Assembly (NCBI GenBank): GCA_030704615.1
Contig: CM060733.1
Location: 69,502,001-69,566,000, forward strand
Reading direction: 5' to 3'
Length of the DNA stretch: 64,000 nt
Origin: Takakia lepidozioides
Taxonomy: Eukaryota; Plantae; Bryophyta
Shown piece by piece: positions 50,616-64,000 of the stretch; the first letter of the stretch is position 1, and each line of letters opens with the position of its first letter. Both the position numbers and the translations under genes were made by a program. The notes beneath the pieces were generated by a model that had not been told where the DNA came from, searched no databases, and saw only the letters and a list, made by a program, of their open reading frames with translations.

Positions 50616-52130
50616 TGTCACGCACCTCACTCCGGTAAGCTCCCCCCTCAAGTCATAGTTACTCGCTTGATGCGCGCGCCTAACTCCCAACCTGGCCGCC
50701 GGGCCAACTTGGAGCTCCGGCTGCTCACCGGGGCATAACGGTCTCCCTTTGATCTCCCAAAGAACCCTCCAACAGTTTAGAACCAACGGAATTCCCTTTG
50801 GTAGTTGGCAGTCCGGAACAGCTCCCACTCTTTGGTCGCTTTCCGGCTCGCTCGCTTACTCACTAGTTTTTGGTCACCAACGGGCTTGCACCGTTCTCGG
50901 GGTTACTACTCCCTATATATACTTCTGTAGCTGTCCGCGGGGGTTTCACAAACAACCATGCCATTTTATGGCAAACCACCACGAACACCCTCGACTCCCG
51001 GTGATGAGTCACGGTGAGTCTTGGCCCACCCACCACGGCCCCTATGGACCGTGATGAGTCCCAAGACTCCCCACGACTCCCACCACGAGGTCTCCGCCCC
51101 AGGGTGAGTCCTATGCCACCCCCACTAAGTCCCGCTAAGCTACCACCACCCCTTGTGGAGCCACCCCCACCGCAACCCGGTGTGCGGGGCTCCACCTAGT
51201 GAGCGCCTCCGCCTCCTTGAGTGCCTTGGGCACTCAAGGGTGCTTCAGGCCCCCATACCTATCGCTGCCACTGCCCCCACCACAGGGGCAGCCCCTCTTG
51301 TGTCCCGACCCCCTGCCCTCAAGGCAAAGGGCCGCGACACACACCCCTACTAACAGGGAGTCGATGTCCTCATCGGCTTGTCCATTTTGTGGAAACGAAC
51401 ATCCAAGTTGTGGCGTCCCACATCAAGGAGTTTGTTTCCGTACCATGGCGTCCCATGGCAAAGAACCAAACCCCACACTTGACTCTACTCTCCACTAGCT
51501 AGTTCGGCCGGCTTCCTCCAAGTCCCGGCCAAGGGTGGAGCCTCTCAAGCTCCTCCCAGTGCACTCTTCTCGGCCTACTTCAAGGCCAAGGAACGATCCT
51601 CCCCGAGGATCAAATCGCCTTACTGCAACAACATTGCTTGCGACCGCTCATGATGCCGCTTTTGGCATCACCTTGAGCAAGGGTTCACCTCGAACCCTCT
51701 TTGACTAGGAAGATAACCTTGAACCAATCGCGCGCCCCAATCATTACAGTCCGTCTTGAAATGCTGGCCTGAGGTACGGGAACACGCCGAAGCCGCACTA
51801 CGACTTCGTCCCGAGGCTACACGATTATAGTACGTGAACGGAAGCACGTAGCTTCCGCGTTAGCCCGCACTACAAGGCAACCCCCTCGGTAGCGCAATTA
51901 TAGTACGCGCACGCGCCAGGTGCGCACTAGCACGTGAACTCCTAAAGAAGGCGCAAGTTTCCTTGCCCCTTGGATGGGAGTCACCCGATTTCGGCTCTGC
52001 GCAAACACACGATTTATCCAATTTACCTCTCCCACTTTTGTAAGCTAGCATGCATTCTACACACTAGCCAACCACACCATGCATCACCATTCCAAACAAA
52101 ATAGGACGCACAACATTTGGAACCCATTTC
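50616..52130 (-). repeat. Chromovirus LTR, inverted and lacking its first ~75 bp
   Basis: Reverse complement of the 31922-33507 family. Confidence 0.88.
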
Positions 52131-52133
52131 CTA

Positions 52134-53838
52134 GAAATGGGAAACGCATCCGAGGCGGTTGCAGTTTTTGAAGGGCGACCTCAAAAGCGGAAGAAGCGTT
52201 GATGGGGACATCAACCTTGGAGCGTGGGGGAGGAAATGCATGCTTAGCCCGGCTTAGCTAGCTCAGGAATCCGATTGCAAAAACTTGTATTGTACAAAAA
52301 TTTGTTATAAAAGAAATGGGTTCCAAATGTTGTGCGTCCTATTTTGTTTGGAATGGTGATGCATGGTGTGGTTGGCTAGTGTATAGAATGCATGCTAGCT
52401 TACAAAAGTGGGAGAGGTAAATTGGGTTAATCGTGTGTTTGCGCAGTGCCGAAATCGGGTGACTCCCATCCAAGGGGCAATGAAACATGCGCCTTCTTTG
52501 GGAGTTCACGTGCTAGTGCGCACCTGGCACGTGCGCGTACTATAACTGCGCTACCGAGGTGGTTGCCTTGTAGTGCGGGCTAACGCGGAAGCTACATGCT
52601 TCCGCTCACGTACTATAATCGTGTAGCCTCGGGACGAAGTCGTAGTGCGGCTTCGACGTGTTCCCGTACCTCAGGCCAGCATTCCAAGACGGACCCAATT
52701 GTAGTGATTGGGGCGCACGGTTGGTTCAAGGTTATCTTCCTAGTCAAAGGGGGTTCGAAGTGAACCCTTGCGCAAGATGATGCCAAAACCGGCATCATGA
52801 GCGATCGCAAGCAATGTTGTTGCAGTAAGGCGATTCGATCCTCGGGGAGGATCATTCCTTGGCCTTAAAGTAGGCCAAGAAGAGTGCACTGGGAGGAGCT
52901 TGAGAGGCTCCACCCCTGGCCGGGACTTGGAGGAAGTCGGCCAAACTAGCTAGTGGAGAGTAGAGTCAAGTGTGGGGTTTGGTTCTTTGCCATGGGACGC
53001 CATGGTACGGAAACAAACTCCTTGATGTGGGACGCCACAACTTGGATGTTCGTTTCCACAAAATGGACAAGCCGATGAGGACATCGACTCCCTATTGGTA
53101 GGGGTGTGTGTCGCGGCCCTTTGCCTTGAGGGCAGGGGGGTCGGGACACAAGAGGGGCTGCCCCTGTGGTGGGGGTAGTGGCAGCGATAGATATGGGGGC
53201 CTGAAGCACCCTTGAGTGCCCAAGGCACTCAAGGAGGCGGAGGCGCTCACTAGGTGGAGCCCCGCACACCGGGTTGCGGTGGGGGTGGCTCCACAAGGGG
53301 TGGTGGTAGCTTAGCGGGACTTAGTGGGGGTGGCATATGACTCACCCTGGGGCGGAGACCTCGTGGTGGGAGTCGTGGGGAGTCTTGGGACTCATCACGG
53401 TCCATAGGGGCCGTGGTGGGTGGGCCAAGACTTACCGCGACTCATCACCGGGAGTCGAGGGTGTTCGTGGTGGTTCGCCATAAAATGGCATGGTTGTTTG
53501 TGAAACCCCCGCGGACAGCTATAGAAGTATATATAGGGAGTAGTAACCCCGAGAACGGTGCAAGCCCGTTGGTGACCAAAAGCTAGTGAGTAAGCGAGCG
53601 AGCCGGAAAGCGACCAAAGAGTGGGGAGCTGTTCCGGACTGCCAACTACCAAAGGGAATTCCGCTGGTTCCAAATCGTTGGAGGGTTCTTTGGGAGATCA
53701 AGGGGGGGGGGACCGTTATGTCCCGGTGAGCAGCCGAAGCTCCAAGTTGGCCCGGCGGCCAAGTTGGGAGTTAGGCACGCGCATCAAGCGAGTAACTATG
53801 ACTTGAGGGGGGAGCTTACCGAAGTGAGGTGCGCGACA
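52134..53838 (+). repeat. Chromovirus pol tail, PPT and complete LTR (52237-53838)
   Basis: Homologous to 31817-33507. Confidence 0.9.
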
Positions 53839-53938
53839 CAATTGCCAGTTCCTATGTGTGCAAACCACACGTTCATGCTATACGCACTTCAGAGTCTCTT
53901 GCAGTTGTTTCAAACAAGGCCTCCTTGTTTGCCACGTA

Positions 53939-56900
53939 TGAAGAGACTAAGAGACATGAATGACTTGAAGTTGAAGAGTAGTCTAGTACCTCAAAAGAAG
54001 AGTATTGCCACTCCACAGGCAATGCGTCTTTTGGAGGATTTGAGATTGCAGGGTCTAACACGCAAAGATGGGTCTTTGTATCACAAGGAGCTCATGATTG
54101 AGTTTGTCAAGAATTATGATGCAAGAACGGAGACTACACGGGTGAAGGGGGTGGTCATACAACTTACTCCGGAATACTTGGGAAAAGTCTTCGACTTGCC
54201 CGAGGGAGCGCAGGCAGTTGAGGAGGAAAGGGCAAGTTTGCAAATTGCAAACCTTTTTAGTGAGAACCACTTCCACAAAACCCAGGGATACACCTATTTG
54301 AAGGCTGAGTATCCAGGGCTTAGGAAGGTAGGACAAATGCTTAATGTCCTGTTTCTCATGAAACAGAATCAGATGTACCTCAACAAGTCCTTTGTAGAGG
54401 AGATTGTCAAGGCACTGAGGGGTGAGGACGTAGCTTGGGCTGAAATGATGCAGATCAAGGGGCTAGATGAGGAGATGACGTGGCTTCAGACAACACAGGC
54501 GAAGGCCCCGATCATAGTCTCCGAGGGCAGAAAAGGCGTGAGCAGAACCCGTGAGCAGATTCCTTTATACGTGAGCAGATTGAAAGCGTGAGCAGATTAC
54601 AGATGCGGACCCTAGAACCGAGGGAACAAGTGGGCCTATTGCCGTGGACGCAAACTCCACTGCAACGATGTAATCTCCTCTCTATCGGACCGGAGACAGA
54701 CAGGCTCCACGACGACAATGTGGCACGAATGTGCAATGAAAAATTTACGGATGAATGTATTTGGGATGGACGTAAAAGGGAATGGATGAACGTTGGATGA
54801 GTGGCGGATGAAAAACTGCCCAGATGATTGAACCATATGGATGACTGCAACAACATCTATCCTCAGGGATGAGTATGCGCAGGGAAGCAGGCATTAAGTT
54901 GTCGTCAACAACAGCTTAAATCGCAGCCTCTGTCAGCACATGACAAATGAACCCATCAACGACATCGTAATTCCCAGCCCTGTTGGGACATGACAATGAA
55001 TCATAAGTTATGTAGTCCAAGCAATTTGTAGATGTCATTCATCCCAAATAGCACTCCAGAAGAGCACACCTTAATCTGGCACCTTAATCAGGGCACATTC
55101 GGGAGAAGAATAAATCAATATATATATAAATAGTTGGATGACTGCAACAACATCTATCCTCAGAGATTAGCATACGCAGGGAAGTAGGCATTAAGCTGTC
55201 GTCAACGACAGCTTAAATCGCAGCCCCTGTCAGCACATGACAAATGAACCCATGAATATCTCCCCAGAACAAATATGTCCCCTGGAAAAACCATAGGGGG
55301 GACTTTTTTTGTGCAGAGAAGCAGGCATTAAGGTGTCGTCAACGACATCTTAATTCCCAGCCCTGTTGGGACATGACAACGAAATAAGTTATGTAGTCCG
55401 AGCAATTTGTAGATGTCATTCACCCTAAATAGCACACCAGAAGAGCAGCCAGATTAAGGTGTCTTTGATGACACCTTAATCTGGCACCTTAATCAGACAC
55501 ATTCGGGAGAAAATAAATAAATCGTTGGATGACTGCAACAACATCTATCCTCAGGGATCAGCATGCGCAGGGAAGTAGGCATTAAGTTGTCGTCAACGAC
55601 AGCTTAAATCGCAGCCCCTGTCAGCACATGACAAATGAACCCATGAATATCTCCCCAGAACAAATATGTCCCTTGGAAAAACCGTAAGGGGGACCTTTTC
55701 TTGTGCAAAGAAGCAGGCATTAAGGTGTCGTCAACGACATCTTAATTCCCAGCCCTGTTGGGACATGACAATGAATCATAAGTTATGTAGTCCGAGCAAT
55801 TTGTAGATGTCATTCACCCCAAATAGCACACCAGAAGAGCAGCCAGATTAAGGTGTCGTTGACGACACCTTAATCTGACCTTGGGGGAAGGGATTTAAAA
55901 AAAAAAAAAAAAAAAAAAAAACTTGCAAATGAACCCAACCCCTGCTTTGCAAGCAAAAGACCTGGCGTTTACCCAGCATGGATTTATGGTCACCAGGAAG
56001 AAGGACATGACAACGAATCATAAGTTATGTAGTCCGAACAATTTGTAGATGTCATTCACCCCAAATAGCACACCAGAAGGTGTCAGATTAAGGTGGCGCA
56101 TTCGGGAAAAAAAAATTAAAAAAAAAAAATCGGATTTTTTTTTTGTTTTGCTTTTTTTTTTGGAAAACTTGCAAACAGATTTTGAGTTGTCATGTTATGC
56201 GGAGGCTGCAGCGGGCGATTTAGTCTCATCTCATCTCCCCCTCCTGTGCTTTACGACAGAGATGGTTTTCTGCAGAGCAAGACTAGTGTCTTCATAGACA
56301 GTTGTGCCTTCGTTTTGGACACTGCCTCCAATAGCAGTGGATATTCTTCGTCGAAATGAATCGACTGTTTTCAAACGATTTTTATTAAAGCACCAAATGA
56401 CCTCTCCACCTTCTTTGCAATTGGGTGTGAGCATCTCTCTCGACTTAGGATACCTGGTAAAATGACAACCACAACCCTCCTCAGTTGGCACAGGTTCACT
56501 CTGGAGCTCGGGGGATTTGGCAACCATTACTGAAAAATGCTTTTTAATTTTCCATTCATCCACAAACTACATTCATCCAGTGCCATTCGTCCAACTGACA
56601 TTCATCGACCATTCATCCCTAACGATGAATTGGTATGCATGTTATACTGGACACTACCCACAGTAATAGGTCCTCTAAGCCGAATAGGCGTCTGCGGTTA
56701 TAGGTGAGCAGAAATCTGCTCACGGAATTTTCTGCTCACGGATTCTGCTCACGCTTTAGCAATCCCCGCTCCTGTCATTGCACAGTTGATACAGGCTTCA
56801 TGTCCACTCACTGTAAAAGAGCGCAAGGGTATGGGCATAGTAGAACTGGACGCCACTGAAGTTGATGAACATGGATCCACCCACAGTGATGGCGGTCTGG

Positions 56901-58209
56901 AGAGACATGGCAAGTCTAAGAGGCAGAAAACAGGGCAGGCTATGAAGGTTACAGTGCAATAGCAACTAGTGGTTCACCTTGCGAAAAGACAAGTTGTGAT
57001 GGAAATGGAGGACATAATTTCCCCAGTACTGAAACAGATTGAGGCACAACAACAACAGGTGTTGCTATAGGAGGAGGGACAAAATGCAGGAGAGGAGGAA
57101 GATGTCACTTTCCCACTCGAAGTACTCCTACCGAGTAGTCAGGTTGCAGCGGAAGGAACATAGTTGGATATGGCTAATACGCCAGACCATCTGGTCATAC
57201 CTTCCAGTGATTAGATAGCAGCAGAGATTGGGCAAGATGATCTCAGCTATGCCACTACCGGGGTAGTCAAAACCATGCCAGACATGGTGATACCACAACT
57301 ACTCAAGAGAGACAAGGCTATTGAAAATGAAACAAGGCTTGTGGTAAAAAGGAGTAGATGATGAAGTACAGGGCCAAAGGCACAGCTGCACCTTCAGTAG
57401 TTGATGAGGTGCAGGTGTAGAGCCAAGTAGGTACTTGGCCGAAATCGTTTACTAAGCACCAGGCTGGAGACAAACGGGAAGATCCTCAGGCAAAACTAGG
57501 GGAAGATCTACAGTAGGCCATGGTCGTGAGTTCCATGAACAAGACCCTTAATCTTCTAGGGAATTATTTTAAAACTCATGTTCTTGCAGAGTAGTTGGCA
57601 GTCCTGAGAAAAGAACTCAAACAGGAGTTTGAGGCAAGGATATTATCTGACGGGCAACTAGAGTGGTCTCAAACTACAGCAAGCCCTGGATGAGTCTAAT
57701 GCTGCCCTGCAGCTTGAAAAAAAAAACCTTATCAAGGCAGGCCTTGAGAAGGAACAGCTACAAAGTGTTCACAATCAGCAACTCTACCAGTTGCAAGTCA
57801 AACATGAGGAGGCTCTTGCATCACAACAAGTCATTAATGATGGATGGCAGCAACCAACCAGGAACTTACCATGCAATCTACTACTTTGGTGGCTAAATTG
57901 GCATAAGCTGATGATGAAATCAGGAAGAAATCTGGGCTGTGTGCATGGGCACAGGCACAGGTACTACAACAGGGAGAACTCATTACAAACATGAAGATTA
58001 CTATTTGTTTTAATGAGAGTACCATCCAAGAGCTGAGGCTCCACAATGAAGAGAAGGACCAGCAACTTTTACAGTTGCATCAGACTGTCAAAGTGCGGAT
58101 CAACGAACTCTCTGCAGCTGAAAAGGGGAGGAATGAAGCCAATAATATGTTGGCTACCTTTGCAGCCTTGAGGGACCCTTATCAGAAGCGGATAGAAAGG
58201 TTGGAGTAG
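53939..58209 (+). pseudogene. Decayed accessory (Athila-like) retrotransposon ORF, interrupted at ~54510-56765
   Basis: ELMIEFVKNY...VKGVVIQLTPEYLGKVFDLP pattern; a stop-riddled coiled-coil-like continuation after 56770 leads to a PPT. Confidence 0.45.
54530..56760. mobile_element. Non-autonomous TIR-like element with internal ~390-bp tandem repeats
   Basis: GCGTGAGCAGA arrays at 54536-54598 mirror TCTGCTCACG arrays at 56715-56755. Repeat units start at ~54837, 55135 and 55525, with a partial one at ~56005. Exact ends and TSD not resolved. Confidence 0.6.
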
Positions 58210-58562
58210 CAAAATAAGGCGCCTTACAAGCTTAGTGAGGAGCAGACTCTTAGGACTTCCACTCAACAATGGTGGCTCACCACATTTTGCAGCTCTGGTT
58301 GCAAACATGAGGACCCTCAAACCATCTTTTGGCGTCATGCCCCTTGGTAAAAATGTGGTTATGATCCCAGACTATCCTCCTCAAATCTGCTTGAGCATAA
58401 GTGAACCACTGCCTAAGCTGTTCATCATGTTGGAGCATGGTATGTACATCATGATATGTTTGCACTGGAATTTAGGTGCCCGTTCACAGAAGCATGTTGC
58501 ACACAGGAAGTGAACCGTGAGGGCACGGCTTTTTGAGAGAGGGGGGGGGGGGGGGGGGGGGT

Positions 58563-59982
58563 TGTAATGTTACAAGGCTGCTGGGCACTTAGATGATTTA
58601 CAGGGTCTTGCGGGTACCCTTAATTTTGCGCAGTCATGAGACTTCATGACTCTACTGCCATGAGCCCTTACATGCCTTCATGAGCATCATGCAGGTGCAG
58701 CAGGCACAGGTCTTCATGAGCCTCATGGTGCGGAGGGCACAGGCCTTCATGAGTCCTCATGATGTGGCAGGCACAGGTCCCCATGAGCCCTCATGACATT
58801 AAGGCATGAGTCTACACAGGTCTCACAGGCCTCATGACGACATAGGAGGGGAACATGGGAATGCAGGGAACACAGGAGGGGAACAGCAGTACGAGTTAGT
58901 ATTGTCATGACTGACGGTTAGAGTCAGACAGTTAGTTAGGCAGTTAGGATAGCTTGCAGGTAGTTAAGGCGGCGTAGCTGCAGAAGAGGGGACTTCTTCT
59001 GGTGCTTCTTGGACGATCTTGGCATGCGGAGAAATAGATCTGAATGCCTCATAAACCGGGCAATGACTGTGAATGCGATGAAGATTCCCATCATAGTTTA
59101 GAAGTTTGTGAGTCGCAGTAACATTGAAGAACATAAAAAACCAAGATATGAGAGTCTTGGGAATTGTGTACCTCACATGATAACACACCTTCCCTGAAAT
59201 TCTCACTTTTTTCTGACCTGTTTTTGTGTGGGCACAAATTGGGGGGTGAAAAAACCCAATTTGAAGTGGGCAGGCCAACATTTGGGCTGCAAAAATTACA
59301 TAGGACAAATCTACCGTTCAATTTACAATCGGTTTGGTCCATATCATCCTTGCATGCAAAGGTTGTTGTAGAAAAAATTGCAATCCAATCGGGTAATGTT
59401 TTAGGCTATTTTGGGGCCCTGCCCGGTACTTCCCAGCCCAACCAATATTTTAGCATGCAGCCCTACAATATTTCCTACTCTAGCCCTTGTACCTAGCGGG
59501 TTTTGAGACCTTTTCGCCACCTGTTTTTGCTCATTCAGGGGATGACGTGGGCTTGTGGACACCACCATTGGGGGCAGAACCCTTTCAGAACCCCTTGCTC
59601 AGGTTTAGTGCCATCCTGGGTGGCTGTCATGCAGGCGCATTCATGGGGGTATTGGAATGCATGTGGGGCTAGCCGACCTTAGGGTGTAAACCCTTTCCCC
59701 ATCCTGAACGCGGTTGCCATGCAAGCAACTCGAGCAAGATGACTCAGTAAAGACATGACAAAAAAGCTGAGTTAGCCCGAGATTGGGGGATCTTACTCCT
59801 GTGTATAAGTTTTTTTTTGAATATTGGCCAATGCCATTGTGTGTAAAAACTTTTTTCCTGCCTAATGAGCCAAAATTGACTCAAATTGGAGTTAATCCCA
59901 GTAAGAACTGGATGGTTCAAGAACCTGACCGACCAGTTTTGAGTCCATTTGACACTTAAGGGGTTAAACACATGTTTCAACA
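58563..59982 (+). repeat. Probable LTR (right end uncertain)
   Basis: TGTAA start directly after the purine tract GAGAGA(G)n at 58535-58561; CATGA-rich repeats inside. Confidence 0.45.
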
Positions 59983-60039
59983 CAGGTGTGAAGTCATGGC
60001 AGTTATCAGAATAAACTCTCTGTCGATGCCAGTTGACAT

Positions 60040-61517
60040 CTATTCACCTTTTGGGGTCCATCCAGCCAGATCGTCCACTGAAAACTCGTAGCTCTCTTCT
60101 GAGCCCTTCCTGACCTCAATCCCCTGCTGTGAGAGGAAATCTGCCACACTGCCAGGCTTTCCAAACCAACCAAGCCGGTCGGCAATCAAGTGAAGGTTCT
60201 TACAACTAGGACACTTCACAATCACAATGCCCCTCTCATATGTGTCTCTACTCATTGTCTTTCCTGATCGCGTTTCACAAACTTTACAAGTAAATATCAT
60301 GGCCATATCATGCCGTGTAGAGGACTTGAATACTGTTGATTGAAATCCATTGTCAGATGACTGTACAACACTTCCTTTCGCTATTGATTCTGTGGATACA
60401 CCTGGTACCACACAAGGGGTTTGTTCCTCCTCAGCTCGTTCCTCCCAAACCAGAGATGCTCTGTTGTCTAATTGAGCAGTGTTGAGCGAGCTACAAAACC
60501 CTCTGCCTTGATGAAATAGTGAACTTCCCCAACCTGGCACAGTGTGGTCTGCAAAAGTACTGTGCCTCCATAGGTGTGAGAAACCTGACAAGGAGGTCAG
60601 GTTGGCATACTGAGCTGATAAGTGGCTGGGATAAGCTGCAGCTTCACAACTGCTACAAGAACCTGAAAGTGGACATCATGGTGAGAATAATGGAACCACT
60701 GTAACCTGACAAATGCTATCTCACTGTAGTATAGTGGCACAATTTTTGAATGCCAAAGGTTGACAAAAGGATAGCAAAGGCACGCAAGCGGCGCTCCTTG
60801 AATTCAACTTTTGTAGCCCATGTTCACTGATTTCCGGCTAGACCCCTTCTAGGACACCTAGCTTGAATGGACAACGTCTCCACCCATGGCTGGGGTTGTT
60901 GGGGATGCCACTTCTAATGCATACTGCAATGTGCTGTAATTGCGACAAAACCCTGAGCTCTAAAACCCTACCAGAACACATGCAATACCATCCAAAGACC
61001 TGGCACAGACACATGTGAGTCTTGGGGATCATACTGACTTTCGTTCGTTGATACCTGACTGATGCAGCTACATATTGGACAAGGAAGGACCTACATGATG
61101 GGTGATATGCCTTCCATGTGAAAATTGCACCTGCACTTTTGCAGCCAACTCCTCACAAGCGCTTGCCTAACTATCTTCCTAGTTGGAGGCTGAACCACAC
61201 CCGTGAACTGATTCTCAATTGGAGTATGAAGCCAACTTAGAAAACTCAAATCTTGAAATGGGTCCTTAATTCTCTTAGGGGGGCCTTAAACCATCTCCAG
61301 AGAGGAAAGAGGGAAGATGTGAGGGAAGTGGAGACCAGCCATAGTCGAAGCACTTATGTGTATCTGTCGCATTCAAAGAACACAGGGGACGGATGTCACA
61401 GGAAGGCAGATAAGTAAAACCTGGAAAAGGAGTAAAGGGAAGCCAGTAAGAAGCCGAAGTAGATGCTCGAAGTCGGAAAAGGGGCTTTAGATTCCGTCCT
61501 GCTGGCCGCATCCCCAT
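60040..61517 (-). CDS. DNL-type zinc finger protein (Zim17/Tim15/Hep1-like Hsp70 escort protein), probably organellar
   Basis: FTCKVCETRS...GIVIVKCPSCKNLHLIADRLGWF in exon 60040-60584. A phase-compatible candidate first exon at 61421-61517 encodes an Arg/Ser-rich transit-peptide-like sequence. Confidence 0.85.
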
Positions 61518-64000
61518 ACTGAAAACCTGTCAGTGCCAGAATGTTTCGGACACCACATGCAACACTTAATATCGGAAGATAGACTGTCTCTTTATCTGGC
61601 CGGGGCAAAAAAACACCTCGATCTCCCCTATTCCTAGACCAAGTGGAAATGGCCAGTTGGTCTACAAAGAAACGTGAATGGAGGTAAGAGAAATGAATCA
61701 CAACCAAAAAACAGAGCATGAATGGAGGTGAGAGGTTGTTGTGGTCCTGAGACCCACACATTAAGCGCCACAGCAACCCAGAGAGGTCATTTTCTCCAGC
61801 CAGATCGAAGCCACGATTGGAGTGCAGGGCCACACCCACATCCACCAAATCTCAACTTCGCTATTCCGAACAGCACTTCTGAAACTCTGACACTTGAGCA
61901 GGTCTAGGGTTCTACGTGAGAACCTGTAAGCAATATTGAGAACCTCAGGAATATGCTATATATCCGTCAGACCATTTAACCGACACGTGTCTACCAGTAG
62001 CCCTGCCTGGCACCCTCACACCTTTACCCTCTTTGCATTGTGGTCTCGTGACTCAAATCTGTATTTTCGTGTGTGGATTCCTCTGACCTAGGTGCTATCC
62101 GTCTTCACTCAGACCCATTCATTCGAGTAACGGAAAGGCGGTAGTAGTTAGCTGGAATAGACCCACAGGGGGGATCGAGAGAGAAAGCTGGAATTGTATT
62201 GAGGAAGGAGGCTGAGGCAGAAATGGCTTTCTTTCTTATTTCTTTGTACTTTGTACTTGCTGGTTTGCTGGGAATACTTTCCATCAAATTTTGCTACAAC
62301 AAGCGGCCGTCTACAAACTTGTAAGTCTCCGATTTCAAGCCATCGAAATGCCGTTGTACTATATTTATGCTTATCCGTTTATCCGTTTATATTTTACCTC
62401 TGGATTTGGTTGTTTTCACCACAAGATGAGTATATCTTTTCCAGATGGGTTCATCTGGGGTGGATTCTCTCTCTCACGCACACAACACACGGACAGTGTG
62501 GGAATCTCCCAATTCCACAGTGCTCTGCCCAGCTCCGGAAGGTCTTGTATTCAGCGGGGATTGTACCCTTAGGTTACGACCAAGAAGTGCAGCTATCCTT
62601 CTATATCCACACACTGTTGAAGGGATTTTCTGGATGAGGACTTGAACAAAGGTTATACCGATTATATAAAACACTAACCACTAGTGATGATTAGTCACTC
62701 TGAAGGTGATCTCGTGGTCTGCATGATGAGTAACATCCTCAGCTCCCTCCATGGTAGATTTTCATTCGAAGGATTCAGGCATGGTCTCTTCAGCAGTGCA
62801 ATTCTAAGTAGCAGCTCATTCTGATAGTGAGGGATGATGAACTTCACAAAACGAAATTCAACATTTAGTAGCTGCAACCAGGTCCCAGTTCCCAGTTCCC
62901 GTCACTAAGATGTGGGCGAACCCATGGTAGTCCTTGACTTATTGGGCGATCTCAAGTGACATTGTGCAGAATTTGCTCATTAAGAGAATAGAATGAAGTA
63001 GCCCCCAGCGCCCTCCCCCCCACCCACACCCCCCTTGCGGAGCAGGGCCATATGAGACTGACTGGTTGTTTACAGTTGTCTGCAAAGCTACCCAGAGTTC
63101 TCTATAATGGACTGACCTGCGTTCTTAATCCATAAGTTTGAGATTTAATATTGGGCCTTATGATTAGAGTCATTGATGGTACTGATATTGAAGTTCATTA
63201 TCAAATCTCCTCACCCTACAAAACATGCTTTTACAGTGGAACTAATATGAAGGCACTTGTGGTGATGCAATATGTGGCAGGCTCCATATGGTGCTGGTGA
63301 TCACAGCGGTAATTTGCTGCTGGCTAATGTATGTTCCTCTCTGGCCTACCCATTATCTTCCCCTAGTTTCTCTCTGTAGTCTATAGGGAATGCCTCTTGT
63401 ATCTTCACACACGTCACATACAATAGGGCTAAGATATCCAGCTACCTCGCGGATTAATCTTGAGATAAAACTTAAGCAAATTAATTGCGTTCAGGGAACA
63501 CAATAGGGCTTGTTTTTGGATATGCTTTAGCATAACCAACAACATTGCCACAGGTAAGTCCTCTGCTCTGGAAAAGAGGCAGGTTGTGGGCCATTGAGGA
63601 TTTTGGGTTGCTCAACAATTATATCCGTTACTGCCCAGACAGATTTTTACTACCTGGCTAGATCAGGTGGCCAAATCAATATGAGATCACCTCACAAAAT
63701 GCATAATGTAGTCACTGTTTAAAAAAGTGACTCTGAAAGGTTCCCTAAGATTGCTAGTTGGCATCATACCCTTTCTTAGTGGTAGTTCTATAGATTGCGT
63801 TTTGTTGTAGAACAAAGGGTGCTTATAGTAGATTGTGATGGCAAAACAGGTGGGCGATCGTATGGTTGGCGCAATGGAAACCACTCATTGTTCCGATCTT
63901 GAAGGCAGAAGGTGAATAAGTGGTACATTTATAGATCTAGGGCTGTCTTAAAACAGCTTGATGCCATTGGGTACTCCCCCCTTGTCTTCCCCTTTCCTTC

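Overview
Eukaryotic, transposon-dense window from a non-seed land plant, probably a bryophyte (inferred from a spliced COG8 gene, a zf-DNL/Zim17-type gene and a squalene-hopene cyclase fragment). The main feature is a young 11.6-kb Ty3/Gypsy-type element (14414-26008, minus strand, 4-bp TSD CCTG). It encodes Gag, protease, a C5-cytosine DNA methyltransferase, RT/RNase H and a DDE integrase with a PHD finger. Its termini are not ordinary LTRs but split, circularly permuted repeats (B'-body-A'-GC-B'-A'). They include an internal palindromic CA-GC-TG att-like junction, a PPT abutting the internal A', and a non-tRNA, self-complementary sequence at the PBS position. This is the structure expected if a 2-LTR circle were integrated by cutting inside one LTR. 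The element sits in a decayed DNA transposon that carries a SWIM/MULE-like gene, a ParB-like domain, a beta-class N4C/N6A methyltransferase-like domain and dozens of short palindromes. The window also holds a non-autonomous CACTA element, a rearranged chromovirus, a head-to-head LTR palindrome, remnants of another Gypsy element and a TIR-like element with palindromic tandem repeats. All calls come from reading the sequence by eye; no database searches were run.
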